Source: Squalus acanthias
Lineage: Eukaryota
Direction: 5' to 3'
Assembly (NCBI GenBank): GCA_030390025.1
Contig: CM059431.1
Location: forward strand, 148,244,001 to 148,308,000
DNA: 64,000 nucleotides
Part shown: piece by piece, positions 12,765 to 24,839 of the stretch
Layout: every line of letters starts with the position of its first letter
Position numbering within the stretch: position 1 is the stretch's first letter
The notes under the pieces: generated by a model
Told to the model about the DNA's origin: nothing
What the model saw: the letters and a program-made list of their open reading frames with translations, nothing else
Database searches by the model: none
Translations under genes and position numbers: made by a program

Positions 12765-14258
12765 ATAGGAACATAGGAACAGGAGGAGGCCATTCAGCCC
12801 ATCGAGTCTGTTCCCACATTTCATTGAGATCATGGCTGATCTGTGACCTAATTCCATCCACCTGCCTTTGCCCCCATGTCCTTTAATACTTTTGCTTTAC
12901 AAAAATCTACCAATCTCAGATTTAAAATTAATCATTGACCCAGCATAAACTGCTGTTTGTGGAAGAGAGTTCCAAACTTCTACCACCCTTTGTGTGTAGA
13001 AGTGTTTCCTAACTTCACTCCTTGAAGATCTGGCTCTAAACTTTAGGCTATGTCCCCTAGTCCTAGACTCCCCACAACCAGCAGACATAGTTTCTCTCTA
13101 CCTACCCTATCAGTTCCCCATAAGATCTTGAACACTTCATCAAATCACGCCTTAAGCTTCGAAGTTCCAGGGACTACAACCCTAGTTGATGTAATCTCTC
13201 CTCATTATTGAACCCTTGGAGTCCAGGTATCATTCTGGTAAATCTACGCTGCACATCTTTCCTAAAGTGTGATCCCCAAAACTGCTCACAGTACTCCAGG
13301 TGTGGTCTAACCAAGGTTCTGTATAGTTGTTCTGTAACTTCTATCTCCTTGTATCTCGTCCTCTAGATATAAAGGCCAGCATTCCATTAGCCTTTGATTA
13401 TTTTCCGTATCCGTCCATGACATTTTAATGATCTATGTACATGGACCCCGAAGTCTCTTTTGACCTCCACTGCTTGTAGCTTTTCTCCATTTATAAAATA
13501 CTTTGATCTGTCCTTTGTATGTCCAAAGTGGATGAGCAATTCTTTAGATTTTTTAAGGATTTTGAAAGGAATTGATGGAGTTCGATAGAGAGAAACTATT
13601 TATTGCTGGTGGGGGGAGTTTAGGACAAGGGGACCTAGCCTTAAAATCAGAGCCAGGCCATTCAGGAGAGATGCTAGGAAACACTTCTTCACCCAAAGGA
13701 TGATAGAAGTGTGGCACTCTCTCCCACAAAAGACAGTCGATGGAAGCTCAATTAATCATTTTACATAGGAGCAGGACGAGGGCAATTGACCCCTCGAGCC
13801 TGCTCCGCCATTCAATAAGATCATGGCTGATCTGATCTTGGCCTCAACTCTACTTCCCTACCCGCTCCCCATAACCCTTGACTCCCTTACCTTTCAAAAC
13901 TCTGTCTATATCCATCTTAAATATATTCAATACCCAGCCTCCCCTGCTCTCTGGGGAAGATAATTCCAAAGATTCACGACCCTCTGAGAGAAGAAATTCC
14001 GCCTTATTTCTGATTTAAAAGGGTTTCCCGTTATTCTGAAATCATGCCCTCTGATTATATCAGAGAGCGATAGATTTTCGCTGGACAAGGGTATAAAAGG
14101 ATCTGAAGCCAAGGCAGGAGGATGGAGTTGGGATATAAATCAGCGATGATCTTAGTGAATGGTGGGAAGGCTCGAGAGGCTGAATGGCCTCCTCCTGCTC
14201 CGATGTAACAAGCCCAAGGGGCAGAATAGCCTCTCCCTGTTCCTATGTTCCTATGTTC
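12765..14258. mobile_element. Cluster of CR1 3' fragments in alternating orientation (12765-13475 -, 13480-13760 +, 13765-14050 -, 14060-14258 +)
   Basis: RTRGHSLK, FFSQRVVNLWN and CR1 3' tails. Confidence 0.8.
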
Positions 14259-14259
14259 A

Positions 14260-17200
14260 AGCAGTTTGGATTTAAGGAGCGTCCCTAAGGAGGAGAGAGA
14301 GGCGGAGAGTTTAGGGAGAGCATTCCAGAGCTTAGGGGCCTTGGCAGCTGAAGGCACGGCCGTCAATGGTGGAGCGATGGAAATCGGGGGATGAGGCACA
14401 AGAGGCCAAAATTGGAGGAGCGCAGAGATCACGGAGGGCTGTAGGGGTTGGAGGAGCTTAGAGATAGTGAGGGTTGTAGGGCTGGAGGAGGTTACAGAGA
14501 TAGGGAAGGTTTTATGGACTGCAGGAGGTTAAATAGATAGGAAGGGTTGTAGGGGCTGGAGGAGGATACGGAGATAGGGGGGTTGTAGGGGCTGGAGGAG
14601 GTTACAGAGATAGGGTGAGTTGTAGGGGCTGGAGGAGGTTACAGAGATAGGGAGGGTTGTAGGCGCTGGAGGAGTTTACAGAGATAGGGAGGGTTGTAGG
14701 GGCTGGAGGAGGTTACAGAGATAGGCAACCAGGGGTGGGAACTGAATATTCCAGGGTATTTGATAATTCGGAAGGAGAGAAAGAAACGAAAGGGAGGTGG
14801 GGTGGCTTTGTTTGTAAAAGATGGGATCAGTGCAGTGGTGAGAAGTGATATTGGCTCAGAAGATCAAGATATAAAATCGGTTTGGGTGGAGATAAAAAAT
14901 AATAAGGGGAAAAAGTCGCTGGTGGGGGTAGTCTGCAGGCCCCCGAACGGTAGCAATGCTGTTGGACAGAGTATAAATCAACAAATAATGGAGGCCTGTA
15001 AAAAATGTACGGTAATAATCATGGATGATTTTAATCTCCATATTGATTGGACAAATCAAATTGGCCATGGTAGCCTGGAGGAGGACTTCAAAGAGTGTAT
15101 CCGGGATGGTTTCCTAGAACAGTATGTAATGGAACCAAACATGGAGCAGGCTATCTTAGATCTGGTACTATGTAATGAGACAGAATTAATAAATGATCTC
15201 ATAGTAAAAGATCCTCTAGGAAAGAGTGATCATAGCATGGTTGAATTTCAAATTCAGTTGGAGGGTGAGAAATTTGTATCCCAAACTAGTGTCCTGATCT
15301 TAAACAAAGGCAATTATAATGGCATGAGGGCAGAACTGGCTAAAGTAGACCGGAAAAATAAATTAAAGGGTAAGAAAGTTGAAATGCAGTAGCGGACATT
15401 TAAGGAGGTATTTCATAACTCTCAAGAAAAATATATTCCAGTGAGAAAGAATGATTTTAAGAGAAGGGAGCACCATCCGTGGCTAACTAAGGAAGTAAAG
15501 GATGGTATCAAATAGATAACGAAGGCACACAATGTTGCCAAGATTGGTGGGAGACCAGAGGATTGGGAAATTTTTAAAAAGCAGCAAAGGATGACTAAAA
15601 AAATAATAAAGAGAGGGAAGTGGAATTATGAGAGTAAGCTGGCAAGAAACATTAAAACAGATAGTAAGAGCTTCTGCAGGTATATAAAAAGGAAGAGGGT
15701 AGCTAAAATAAACGTTGGTCCCTTAGAGGATGAGATTGGGGAATTAATAATGGGGAACGGGGAAATGGCAGAGAAGCTGAACAAATATTTTGCATCTGTC
15801 TTCACTGTAGAAGACACTAACAACATTCCAATAATGGATAATCAAGGGGCCACAGGGAGTGGGAAACTAAAGAAAATCACTATCACACTCAGTAAAATAA
15901 TGGGATTAAAGACGACAAGTCCCCTGGACAAGATGGCCTGCATCCCAGGGTCTTAACAGAAGTGGCTGCAGAGATAGTGGATGCATTGGTTGCAATATAT
16001 CAAAATTCCCTGGACTCTGGAGAGGTCCCAGCGGATTGGAAAACCGATAATGTAACACCCCTATTTAAGAAAGGAGGGAGACAGAAAGCAGGGAACTATA
16101 GAGCAGTTAGCCTAACATCTGTCTTTGGGAAAATGCTGGAGTCCTTCATTAAGGAAGCACTAGCAAGGCATTTAGAAAAACATACTGCAGTCAAACAGAG
16201 TCAGCATGGTTTGAGGAAAGGGAAATCATGTTTAACCAATTTGCTGGATTTCTTTGAGGATGTAACAAGTAGGGTGAGCCAGTGGATGTGGTGTATTTGG
16301 ATTTCTAGAAGGCATTCGATAAGGTGCCACATAAAAGTTTACTGCATATGATAAGAGCTCACGGAGTTGGGGGTAATATATTAGCATGGATAGAGAATTG
16401 GCTAACTAACAGAAAGCAGAGAGTCGGGATAAATGGGTCATTTTTCTGGTTGGCAAATGGTAACTAGTGGGGTGCCACAAGGATCGGTGCTGGGCCGCAA
16501 CTATTTAAAATCTACATTAATGACTTGGATGAAGTGTACGAGTGCAACGTAGCCAAATTTGCGGATGATACAAAGATGGGTGGGAAAGCAAGTTGTGCAG
16601 AGGACTCAAAGAATCTGCAAAGGGATATAGACAGGCTGGGTGAGTGGGCAAACATTTGGCAGATGGAGTATAATGTGGGAAAGTGCGAGGTTATCCATTT
16701 TGGCAGGAAAAATAAAAAAGCAAATTATTATTTAAATGGTGAGAGATTACAAAATGCTACAGTTCAGAGGGACCTGGGGGTCCTTGTGCATGAAACACAA
16801 AAAGTTAGCATGCAGGTACAGCAAGTAATCAAAAAGGCAAATGGAATGTTGGCCTTTATTCCAAGGGGGTTGGAGTATAAAAACAAGGAAGTCCTGCTAC
16901 AACTGTACAGGGTATTGGTGAGACCACACCTTGAGGACTGCGTACAGTTTTGGTCTCCTTATTTAAGGAGGGATATACTTGCATTGGAGGCAATTCAGGG
17001 ACGATTCACTCGGTTAATTCCAGAGATGAGGTGTTTGACTTATGAGGAAAGGTTGAGCAGGTTGGGCCTATACTCATTGGAATTTAGAAGAATGAGATAT
17101 GATCTTATCGAAACATGTAAGATACTGAGGGGGCTCGACAGGGTAGATGCAGAGAGGATGTTTCCCCTCGTCGGGAAAACTAGAACTCGGGGGCACAGTC

Positions 17201-18600
17201 TCAGAATAAAGGGTCGCCCTTTTAGAACTGAGATGAGGAGGAATTTCTTCTCTCAGACGGTCCTAAATGTGTGGAATTCTCTGCCCCAGAGAGCCGTGGA
17301 GGCTGGGTCATTAAGTACATTTGAAATGGAGATAGACAAATTTTTGCAAGATAAGGGAGTGAAGGGTTATGGGGAACGGGCAGGGAAGTGGCTTTGAGCC
17401 CAAGATCAGCCATGATCTTATTGAATGGTGGAGCAGTCTCGAGGGGCCAAGTGGTCCATTCCTGCTCCTATTTCCGATGTTCTTATGTAGGGTCTGGAGG
17501 AGGTTACAGAGATAGGGAGGGTTGTAGGGCTGGAGGAGTTTACAGTGATAGGGAGGGTTGTAGGGGCTGGAGGAGGTTACAGAGATAGGGAGGGTTGTAG
17601 GGGCTGGAGGAGGTTACAGACATAGGGAGGGTTGTAGGGCTGGAGGAGGTTACAGAGATAGTGAGGGTTGTAGGGCTGGAGGAGGTTACAGAGATAGTGA
17701 GGGTTGTAGGGCTGGAGGAGGTTACAGAGATAGTGAGGGTTGTAGGGCTGGAGGAGGTTACAGAGATAGTGACGGTTGTAGGGCTGGAGGAGGTTACAGA
17801 CATAGGGAGGGTTGTAGGGCTGGAGGAGGTTACAGAGATAGTGAGGGTTGTAGGGCTGGAGGAGGTTACAGAGATAGGGAGGGTAGTAGTGGCTGGAGGA
17901 GGTTACAGAGATAGGGAAGGTTGTAGGGCTGGAGGAGTTTACAGAGATAGGGAGGGTTGTAGGGGCTGGAGGAGGTTACAGAGATAGGGAGGGTTGTAGG
18001 GGCTGGAGGAGGTTACAGAGATAGGGAGGGTTGTAGGGGCTGGAGGAGGTTACAGACATAGGGAGGGTTGTAGAGGCTGGAGGAGGTTACAGAGATAGGC
18101 AGTGTTGTAGGGGCTGGAGGAGGTTACAGAGATAGGGAGGGTTGTAGGACTGGAGGAGGTTACAGAGATAGGGAGGGTTGTAGGGCTGGAGGAGGTTACA
18201 GAGATAGGGAGGGTTGTAGTGACTGGAGGAGGTTACAGTGATAGGGTTGTAGGGCTGGAGGAGGTTACAGAGATAGGGAGGGTTCTAGGGACTGGAGGAG
18301 GTTACAGAGATAGGGAGGGGTGTCAGGCTGGAGGAGGTTACAGAGATAGGGAGGGTGGGGCGAGGCTATGCAGGGATTTCAACACGAGGATAGGGAATTT
18401 TAAAATAAAAGCTTTGCTGAACCAGTTAGTGAACACAGGGGCTGTGATGAGTTGGGATACGGGGCGGGCAGGAATTTCGGATGAGCTGAAAGTTACGGAG
18501 GGTGGAAGCTGGGAGGCCGGTCAGGAGAACGTTGCAATCGGCGAGTCTGGAGTCCAGGAGAGCGGGAAAATGAGCGAAAGCGAGATACAGAGCAGAATGG
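14260..18600 (-). mobile_element. L2-like LINE remnant with an internal 36-37-bp minisatellite (14430-14725 and 17488-18355)
   Basis: APKLWNALP...LKSKL C-terminus; tandem unit GGGTTGTAGGGGCTGGAGGAGGTTACAGAGATAGGGA. Confidence 0.65.
14726..17487 (+). mobile_element. 5'-truncated CR1 LINE ORF2 (EN and RT) inserted in the 37-bp array
   Basis: EN motifs GGGVALFVK and SDH; RT motif FADDTK; 3' tail. Confidence 0.93.
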
Positions 18601-18689
18601 AGCACAATATTGACGGTGTCCCCACACATTCTCCAGACTGCAGTTTGAGCGAAAGGGTTTCCACACTAACCTGTCTCTCCTTTCTTTAG

Positions 18690-18753
18690 TGGATAAAGTC
18701 AAACAATCTCCCGAGGTGAGACAGAGGATAGTGGCAGCGGCGAATGCGTTACG
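18690..18753 (+). pseudogene. ABCG exon following NPADF
   Basis: tttctttag acceptor and gtaaga donor; phase 1 matches the previous exon, giving (L)DKVKQSPEVRQRIVAAANALR. Confidence 0.75.
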
Positions 18754-18829
18754 GTAAGAGACCGGCATCTTAACTTACACCACACCTCACACATTCAGCC
18801 GCTCGTTCTAGATCTGAAAAACCCAGTGA

Positions 18830-19785
18830 CCTCTTTTAATGAGATAGTCTCTCCATCAGGGACCCCTTTTAAAGAGGGAGTCTCTCCATCAGGGACCCCT
18901 TTTAAAGAGGGAGTCTCTCCCTTAAGAAGCTCAACACCATCCAGTACAAAGCAGCCCGCTTGATTGGCACCCCATCCACCACCTTAAACATTCACTCCCT
19001 CCACCACTGGCGCACAGTGGCTGCAGTGTGTACCATCTACAAGATGCACTGCAGCAACTCGCCAAGGCTTCTTCGGCAGCACTTCCCAAACCCGCGACCT
19101 CTTCCACCGAGAAGGACAAGGGAAGCAGGCGCATGGGAACACCACCACCTCCAAGTTCCCCTCCAAGTCACACACCATCCTGACTTAGAAATATATCGCC
19201 GATCCTTCATCGTCGCTGGGTCAACATCCTGGAACTCCCCTACCTAACAGCACTGTGGGAGTACCATCACCACACGGACTGCAGCGGTTCAAGTAGGCGG
19301 CTCACCACCACCTTCTCAAGGGCAACTAGGAATGGGCAATAAATGTTGGCATTGCCAGCGATGCCCTGATCTCATAAATGAATAAAAAAAAATCAGGGGC
19401 CCCTTTTAAAGAGGGAGTCTTTCTATCAGCAACCCTTTTAAAGAGGGAGTCTCTCCGTCAGGGACCCTGCTTAAAGAGGGAGTCTCTCCATCAGGGACCC
19501 TTTTTAAAGAGGGAGTCTCTCCCTCAGGGAGCCCTTTTAAAGAGGAAGTCTCTCCATCAGGGATCCCTTTTAAAGAGTGAGTCTCTCCATCAGCACCCCT
19601 TTTAAAGAGGGAGTCTCTCAGTCAGGGACCCTGCTTAAAGAGGTAGTTCCTCCATCTGGGACCCCTTTTAAAGAGGGAGTCTCTCCATCAGGGAACCCTT
19701 TTAAAGAGGGAGTCTTTCCTCCAGGGCCCCCTTTTAAAGAGGGAGTCTCTCCGCCAGAGACCCCTTTTAAAGAGGGAGTCTCTCT
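18830..19785. repeat. 33-bp tandem repeat (TTTTAAAGAGGGAGTCTCTCCATCAGGGACCCC), split by a LINE fragment
   Basis: Units at 18830-18920 and 19393-19785. Confidence 0.9.
18921..19392 (+). mobile_element. 3' fragment of the second LINE family (CR1 group, Zenon-like) with A-rich tail
   Basis: LNIHSLHHWRTVAAVCTIYKMHC; ends aatgaataaaaaaaaa; same family as 28620-30722. Confidence 0.8.
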
Positions 19786-19874
19786 TAGAAACATAGAATC
19801 TAGGAGCAGGAGTAGGCCATTCGGCCCATCGAGCCTGCTCCACCATTCAATACGATCATGGCTGATCCTCCAAT

Positions 19875-22827
19875 TCAGTATCCCGTCCCCGCCTTCTCTC
19901 CGTAACCCTTAACCCCTTTTGCCTGTAGAAATATATCTAATTCCCTCTTAAATATATTTAATGAGCTGGCGTACACTGCCCTCTGTGGCAATGAGTTCCA
20001 CAGGTTCACCACCCTCTGAGTGAAGAAATTCCCCCTCATTTCTGTCCTAAATGGTTTAGCCCTTATCCTTAAATTATGTCCTCTAGTTCTGTTCTCACCC
20101 GCCAAGGGAAACATTCCTTCTGCATCTAGTCTGTCTAGACCTGTCAGAATTTTATACACTTCTATGAGGTCCCCTCTCAATCTTCTAAACTCCAGTGTGT
20201 ACATCCCTAAACTACATAGTCTCTCCTCATAGGTCAATCCCGCCATTCCTGGTATCAGCCTGGTGAATCGCCGCTGCACCGCCTCCATGGCAAGAACATC
20301 TTTCCTCAGATGAGGCGACCAAAACTGTACACAGTACTCGAGGTGTGGTCTCACCAGTGCCCTGTACAGCTGCAGCAAGGTATCCCTGTTCCTGTATTCC
20401 AACCCTTTTGCTATGAAGGCCAGCATACCGTTTGCCTTCTTGACCGCCTGTTGCACCTGCATGCTCGCCTTCAGTGACTGGTGTACAAGAACACCCAGGT
20501 CTCTCTGTACTTCCCCCTCTCCCAATTTATTGCCATTTAAATAATAATTTGCCCTCCCGTTCCTGCACCCAAGGTGGATAACTTCGCACTTGTCCACATT
20601 ATAGTGCATCTGCCATTTATCCGCCCAATCACCCAGTCTGTCCAAATCGCTCTGGAGCTTCCTGGTCTCCTCCTCTGAGCCCACCCCCCCCTCCTAGTTT
20701 AGTGTCGTCTGCAAATTTGGAAATGCTGCATCCGACTCCCTGATCCAGGTCATTAATGTAAATTGTGAACAGCTGGGGACCCAGGACAGATCCCTGTGGT
20801 ACCCCACTTGTTACTGCCTGCCATTCAGAAAATGAGCCGTTTATTCCAACTCTCTGTTTTCTATCTGACAGCCAGTTCTCTATCCACGTCAATACTTTCC
20901 CCTTTATCCCATGAGCTTCAATTTTCCATGCTAATCTTTTATGTGGGACCTTGTCGAAGGCCTTTTGGAAGTCCAGGTACACCACATCTACTGGCTCTCC
21001 CCCATCTATTTTACAAGTTACTCCCTCAAAAAATTCCAATAGATTAGTCAAGCACGATTTACCCTTTGCAAATCCATGTTGACTCTATCCTATCCTGTCC
21101 CCATTTGCTAAGTGCTCCGCTATTTCATCCTTAATGATGGACTCCAGCATTTTGCCCACAACTGATGTAAGGCTTACAGGTCTGTAATTACCTGCTTTTT
21201 CCCTACCCCCCTTTTTGAATAGTGGGGTAACGTTAGCTACCCTCCAATCCATGGGCACTGTTCCCGAGTCTAATGAATTCTGAAAAATCATACTTAGTGC
21301 ATCCGCTATCTCTAGGGCCACCTCCTTCAGTACCCTAGGATGCATGTTATCAGGCCCTGGGGATTTGTCCGCCTTCAATCCCTTTAGCTTCCTTAACACC
21401 ATATCCTTCGAGATATTGATTTGCGTCAGTTCCTCCTTTGCCAATGTCCCTATTTTTCCCGATATCCCAGTGAGGTTTTTTGTGTCTTCCTTCGTAAAGA
21501 CGGACCCAAAGTATGCATTTAGTTGGTCTGCCATTACCTTATTTCCCGTTATATATTCCCCCGTATCTGACTGCAATGGACCAACTTTGGTTTTCACCAG
21601 TCTTTTCCTCTTGATATACTTATAAAAGCTTTTGCAGTTAGTTTTTATATTTTCCGCCAGCTTGCTTTCGTAAGCTATTTTGCCCCTCTTGATTAAGCCC
21701 TTTGTCCTCCTTTTCTCCATCTTAAACTGTTCCCAATCTTCCGCTCTGGCGCTTTTTTTGGCTATTTTATACGCCCTATCTTTGGATTTTATGCTGTCTC
21801 TAATTTCCCCTGTTATCCACGGTTGAGTCACCTTTTTAGATTTCCTTTTATGCCAGATTGGTAGAAACAATTTTTGCAATTTTGTCATTCTATCTTTAAA
21901 TACTTGCCATTGTTTATCTACCTCCAGTCCTCCCAGGAACGTTGTCCAATCAGACCTACTCAGTTCCCGTCTAATGGCATCATAATTCCCCTTGTTTAAA
22001 TTCAGGACCTTAGTCTCTGAGTCAATTTCTTCGCTCTCCATTTCGATTGAGAAATCGATCATGTTATGATCGCTCTGACCCAAGGGTCCCCGTACAACAA
22101 GATTACTAATTAGTCCCTTCTCATTGCACAGTACCCAGTCCAATATAGCCTGTTCCCGAGTTGGTTCCTCGACATATTGATCCAGAAAACCATCCCTTAA
22201 ACACTCAAGGAATTCCTCCTCCTCATTATTTTTACTGATTAGGCTAGTCCAATCTATATGTAAGTTAAAGTCACCTATGATGACAGCTGTGCTCTTATTG
22301 CACGCTTCTCTAATTACCCTCGTGATGCCCTCCCCAACCTCTATTTTACTATTTGGAGGCCTATATACCACTCCTATTAATGTTTTTCGCCCCTCGCTAT
22401 TTCTTAGCTCCACCCATATAGATTCTGTATTAACTGAGTTAATATCCTTCCTTTCAATTGCATTTATCCCCTCTTTTACCAGCAATGCTACCCCTCCTCC
22501 CTTTCTTTTTTGTCGATCCTTCCTAAATACTGAATACCCCTGTATGTTAAGCTCCCAGCCCTGCTCACCCTGCAACCATGTTTCCGTAATCCCAATTAGA
22601 TCATAATTATTAACCTCTATTTCCACAGCTAATTCATCTACCTTGTTCCTGATGCTTCTCGCATTAAGGTATAAAACCCTCAGGCTATTTTTATGCTCAC
22701 ATTTTTTATGAATTAGTTTGGCCCTTTGTTTTTTGTTCCTCACCCTTTTACCATTTATTGCTGTCTGCCTTTCACTTTCCTCTATTTCACTACATAGGTT
22801 TCTAGCCCCCTGCCATACTAGTTTAAA
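19875..22827 (-). pseudogene. CR1 ORF2 (APE endonuclease plus reverse transcriptase), one in-frame TAG (21085-21087) and one extra G in a homopolymer (~20684-20691)
   Basis: YLNARS, ITETW, GDFN, SDH, QGSVLGP, FADDTK; frame is open from the ORF1 overlap. Confidence 0.9.
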
Positions 22828-23765
22828 TGCTCCCGAACTGCTTTATCAAAAATTACCCCGAGAACATCAGTTCCATCTTTGCACAGGTGTAGACCGTCCC
22901 TTTTGTATAGGTCACACCTACCACAAAACTGGTTCCAATGCCTCAAAAATTTAAAACCCTCCCTCTTACACCACTGCTCAAGCCACGTATTTAGCCTAAC
23001 TATCCTGTTCTCTGTACTCTTACTAGCACGTGGTACTGGTAGTAATCCAGAGATTACTACCTTCGAGGTCCTACTTTTTAGCTTGGCTCCTAACTCCCTA
23101 AATTCTACTTGTAGGACCTTTTCCCTTTTTTTAGCTACGTCGTTGGTACCAACATGTATCACAACAACTGGCTGTTCCCCCTCCCCCTCCAGAATGTTCT
23201 GCACCCGCGCCGAGACATCCTTGACCCTTGCACCAGGGAGGCAACATACCATCCTGGAGTCTCGGTCGCGACCACAGAAAACCCTATCTATTCCCCTTAC
23301 AATCGAATCCCCTATTACTATAGCCCTGCCACTCTTTTTCCCTCCCTTCTTTGCAACAGAGCCAGTCATGGTGCCATGAGCCTGGCTGCTGGTGCCTTCC
23401 CCCGATGAGTCGTCCCCCCCGACAACAGCACCTAAGGCGGTGAACCTGTTGCTAAGGGAGACAACCCCAGGGGATTTCTGCACTACCTTCCTGCCCTTGC
23501 TCTGCCTTTTGGTCACCCATGTACTATCTACGCTGGCCTTAACCTGCGGTGTGACCAACTCACTAAATGTGCTATCCACAACCCTCTCAGAATCGTGGAT
23601 GCTCCAAAGTGAGTCCATCCGCAGCTCAAGGGCCGTCATGCGGTCCCACATGAGCTGCAGCTGGACACACTTCCCGCACACATGGTTGTCAGGGACACAG
23701 GAAGCGTCCCTGATTTCCCACATGTTACAGGAGGAGCATAACACAGGTCCGAGCTCTACTGCCAT
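22818..23765 (-). CDS. CR1 ORF1 protein (CxxC...CxxC finger, coiled region, SGNH/GDSL esterase), 315 aa
   Basis: CSSCNMWE...CGKC, IGDSIVRG, HVGTND, DGLHL. Confidence 0.92.
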   Translation of the reverse strand: MAVELGPVLCSSCNMWEIRDASCVPDNHVCGKCVQLQLMWDRMTALELRMDSLWSIHDSERVVDSTFSELVTPQVKASVDSTWVTKRQSKGRKVVQKSPGVVSLSNRFTALGAVVGGDDSSGEGTSSQAHGTMTGSVAKKGGKKSGRAIVIGDSIVRGIDRVFCGRDRDSRMVCCLPGARVKDVSARVQNILEGEGEQPVVVIHVGTNDVAKKREKVLQVEFRELGAKLKSRTSKVVISGLLPVPRASKSTENRIVRLNTWLEQWCKREGFKFLRHWNQFCGRCDLYKRDGLHLCKDGTDVLGVIFDKAVREHLN

Positions 23766-24051
23766 GACTTAACCCTTATATTACTTTTTAATTTTCTAGT
23801 TTTAGTTTATTTATTGACTTTTGTTTTCCCGAAGCTTACTTAGACCAATGTATACTGTACTCCTCTTATTCCTTTTTAAACTAACCAAATCCCACTAGTT
23901 TTAGTTTTACTTTCTAGGAAGGTTTGAGGAAAGTACTTACCAGTTAGTCTTACCTCCCTGGTCTTTCGCTGACTTCCCGGTCTTGTGTCCCCTTGGTCCT
24001 ACGCCGACTTCCCGCTCCTCGCGGTAACCGTCCTGCCCTGCTGAAAAGAAA

Positions 24052-24578
24052 CTCCGGTCTCGTCGCTCCCGACAACAGCCTGTGAAGAAAAGCCCGCGAA
24101 AGTGAGTTCAAATACTCACAGCACCTCACAGCACCTCCGGTCTCGTTGCTCCCGACAACAGCCTGTGAAGAAAAGCCCGCGAAAGTGAGTTCAAATACTC
24201 AGCGCACCTCACAGCACCTCCGCTCTTGTCGCTCCCGACAACAGCCTGTGAAGAAAAGACCGCGAAAGTGAGTTCAAATACTCACAGCACCTCACAGCAC
24301 CTCCGGTCTCGTCGCTCCCGACAACAGCCTGTGAAGAAAAGCCCGCGAAAGTGAGTTCAAATACTCACAGCACCTCACAGCACCTCCGGTCTCGTCGCTC
24401 CCGACAACAGCCTGTGAAGAAAAGCCCGCGAATGTGAGTTCAAATACTCACAGCTCCTCACAGCACCTCCGGTCTCGTCGCTCCCGACAACAGCCTGTGA
24501 AGAAAAGCCCGCGAAAGTGAGTTCAAATACTCACAGCACCTCACAGCACCTCCGGTCTCGTCGCTCCCGACAACAGCC
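24052..24578 (-). repeat. 83-bp tandem monomers (6 full plus 1 partial) at the LINE 5' end
   Basis: Near-identical units starting at 24052, 24135, 24218, 24301, 24384, 24467, 24550. Confidence 0.95.
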
Positions 24579-24839
24579 GAATAGGCTGATGTGGAATTGC
24601 AGAATCCCGATCATTGGCCAGAACAATTCCTTCGTTTTATATAGTTCAGACTCTCAATACTGATGTATTATTGGAACACAAAAAAGGGACTTCCTTCACT
24701 GTAACACTCTGATATAACCCACAACAATCACTGTAGCACTCTGATATCCCCTACACTTCTCACTGTAACACTCTGACATTTCCCACATCCAAAATGTAAC
24801 ACTCTGATATACCACACACCCAAACTGTAACACGGATAA

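Larger units (their letters stand above)
19786..24578 (-). mobile_element. Full-length, nearly intact CR1 LINE with 83-bp 5' monomer array
   Basis: 5' monomers 24052-24578, intact ORF1, ORF2 with only two lesions, 3' tail near 19790. Confidence 0.95.

Noticed and set aside
24052..24578. CRISPR-like array
   Set aside because: Units are contiguous and near-identical with no unique spacers; eukaryotic LINE 5' end
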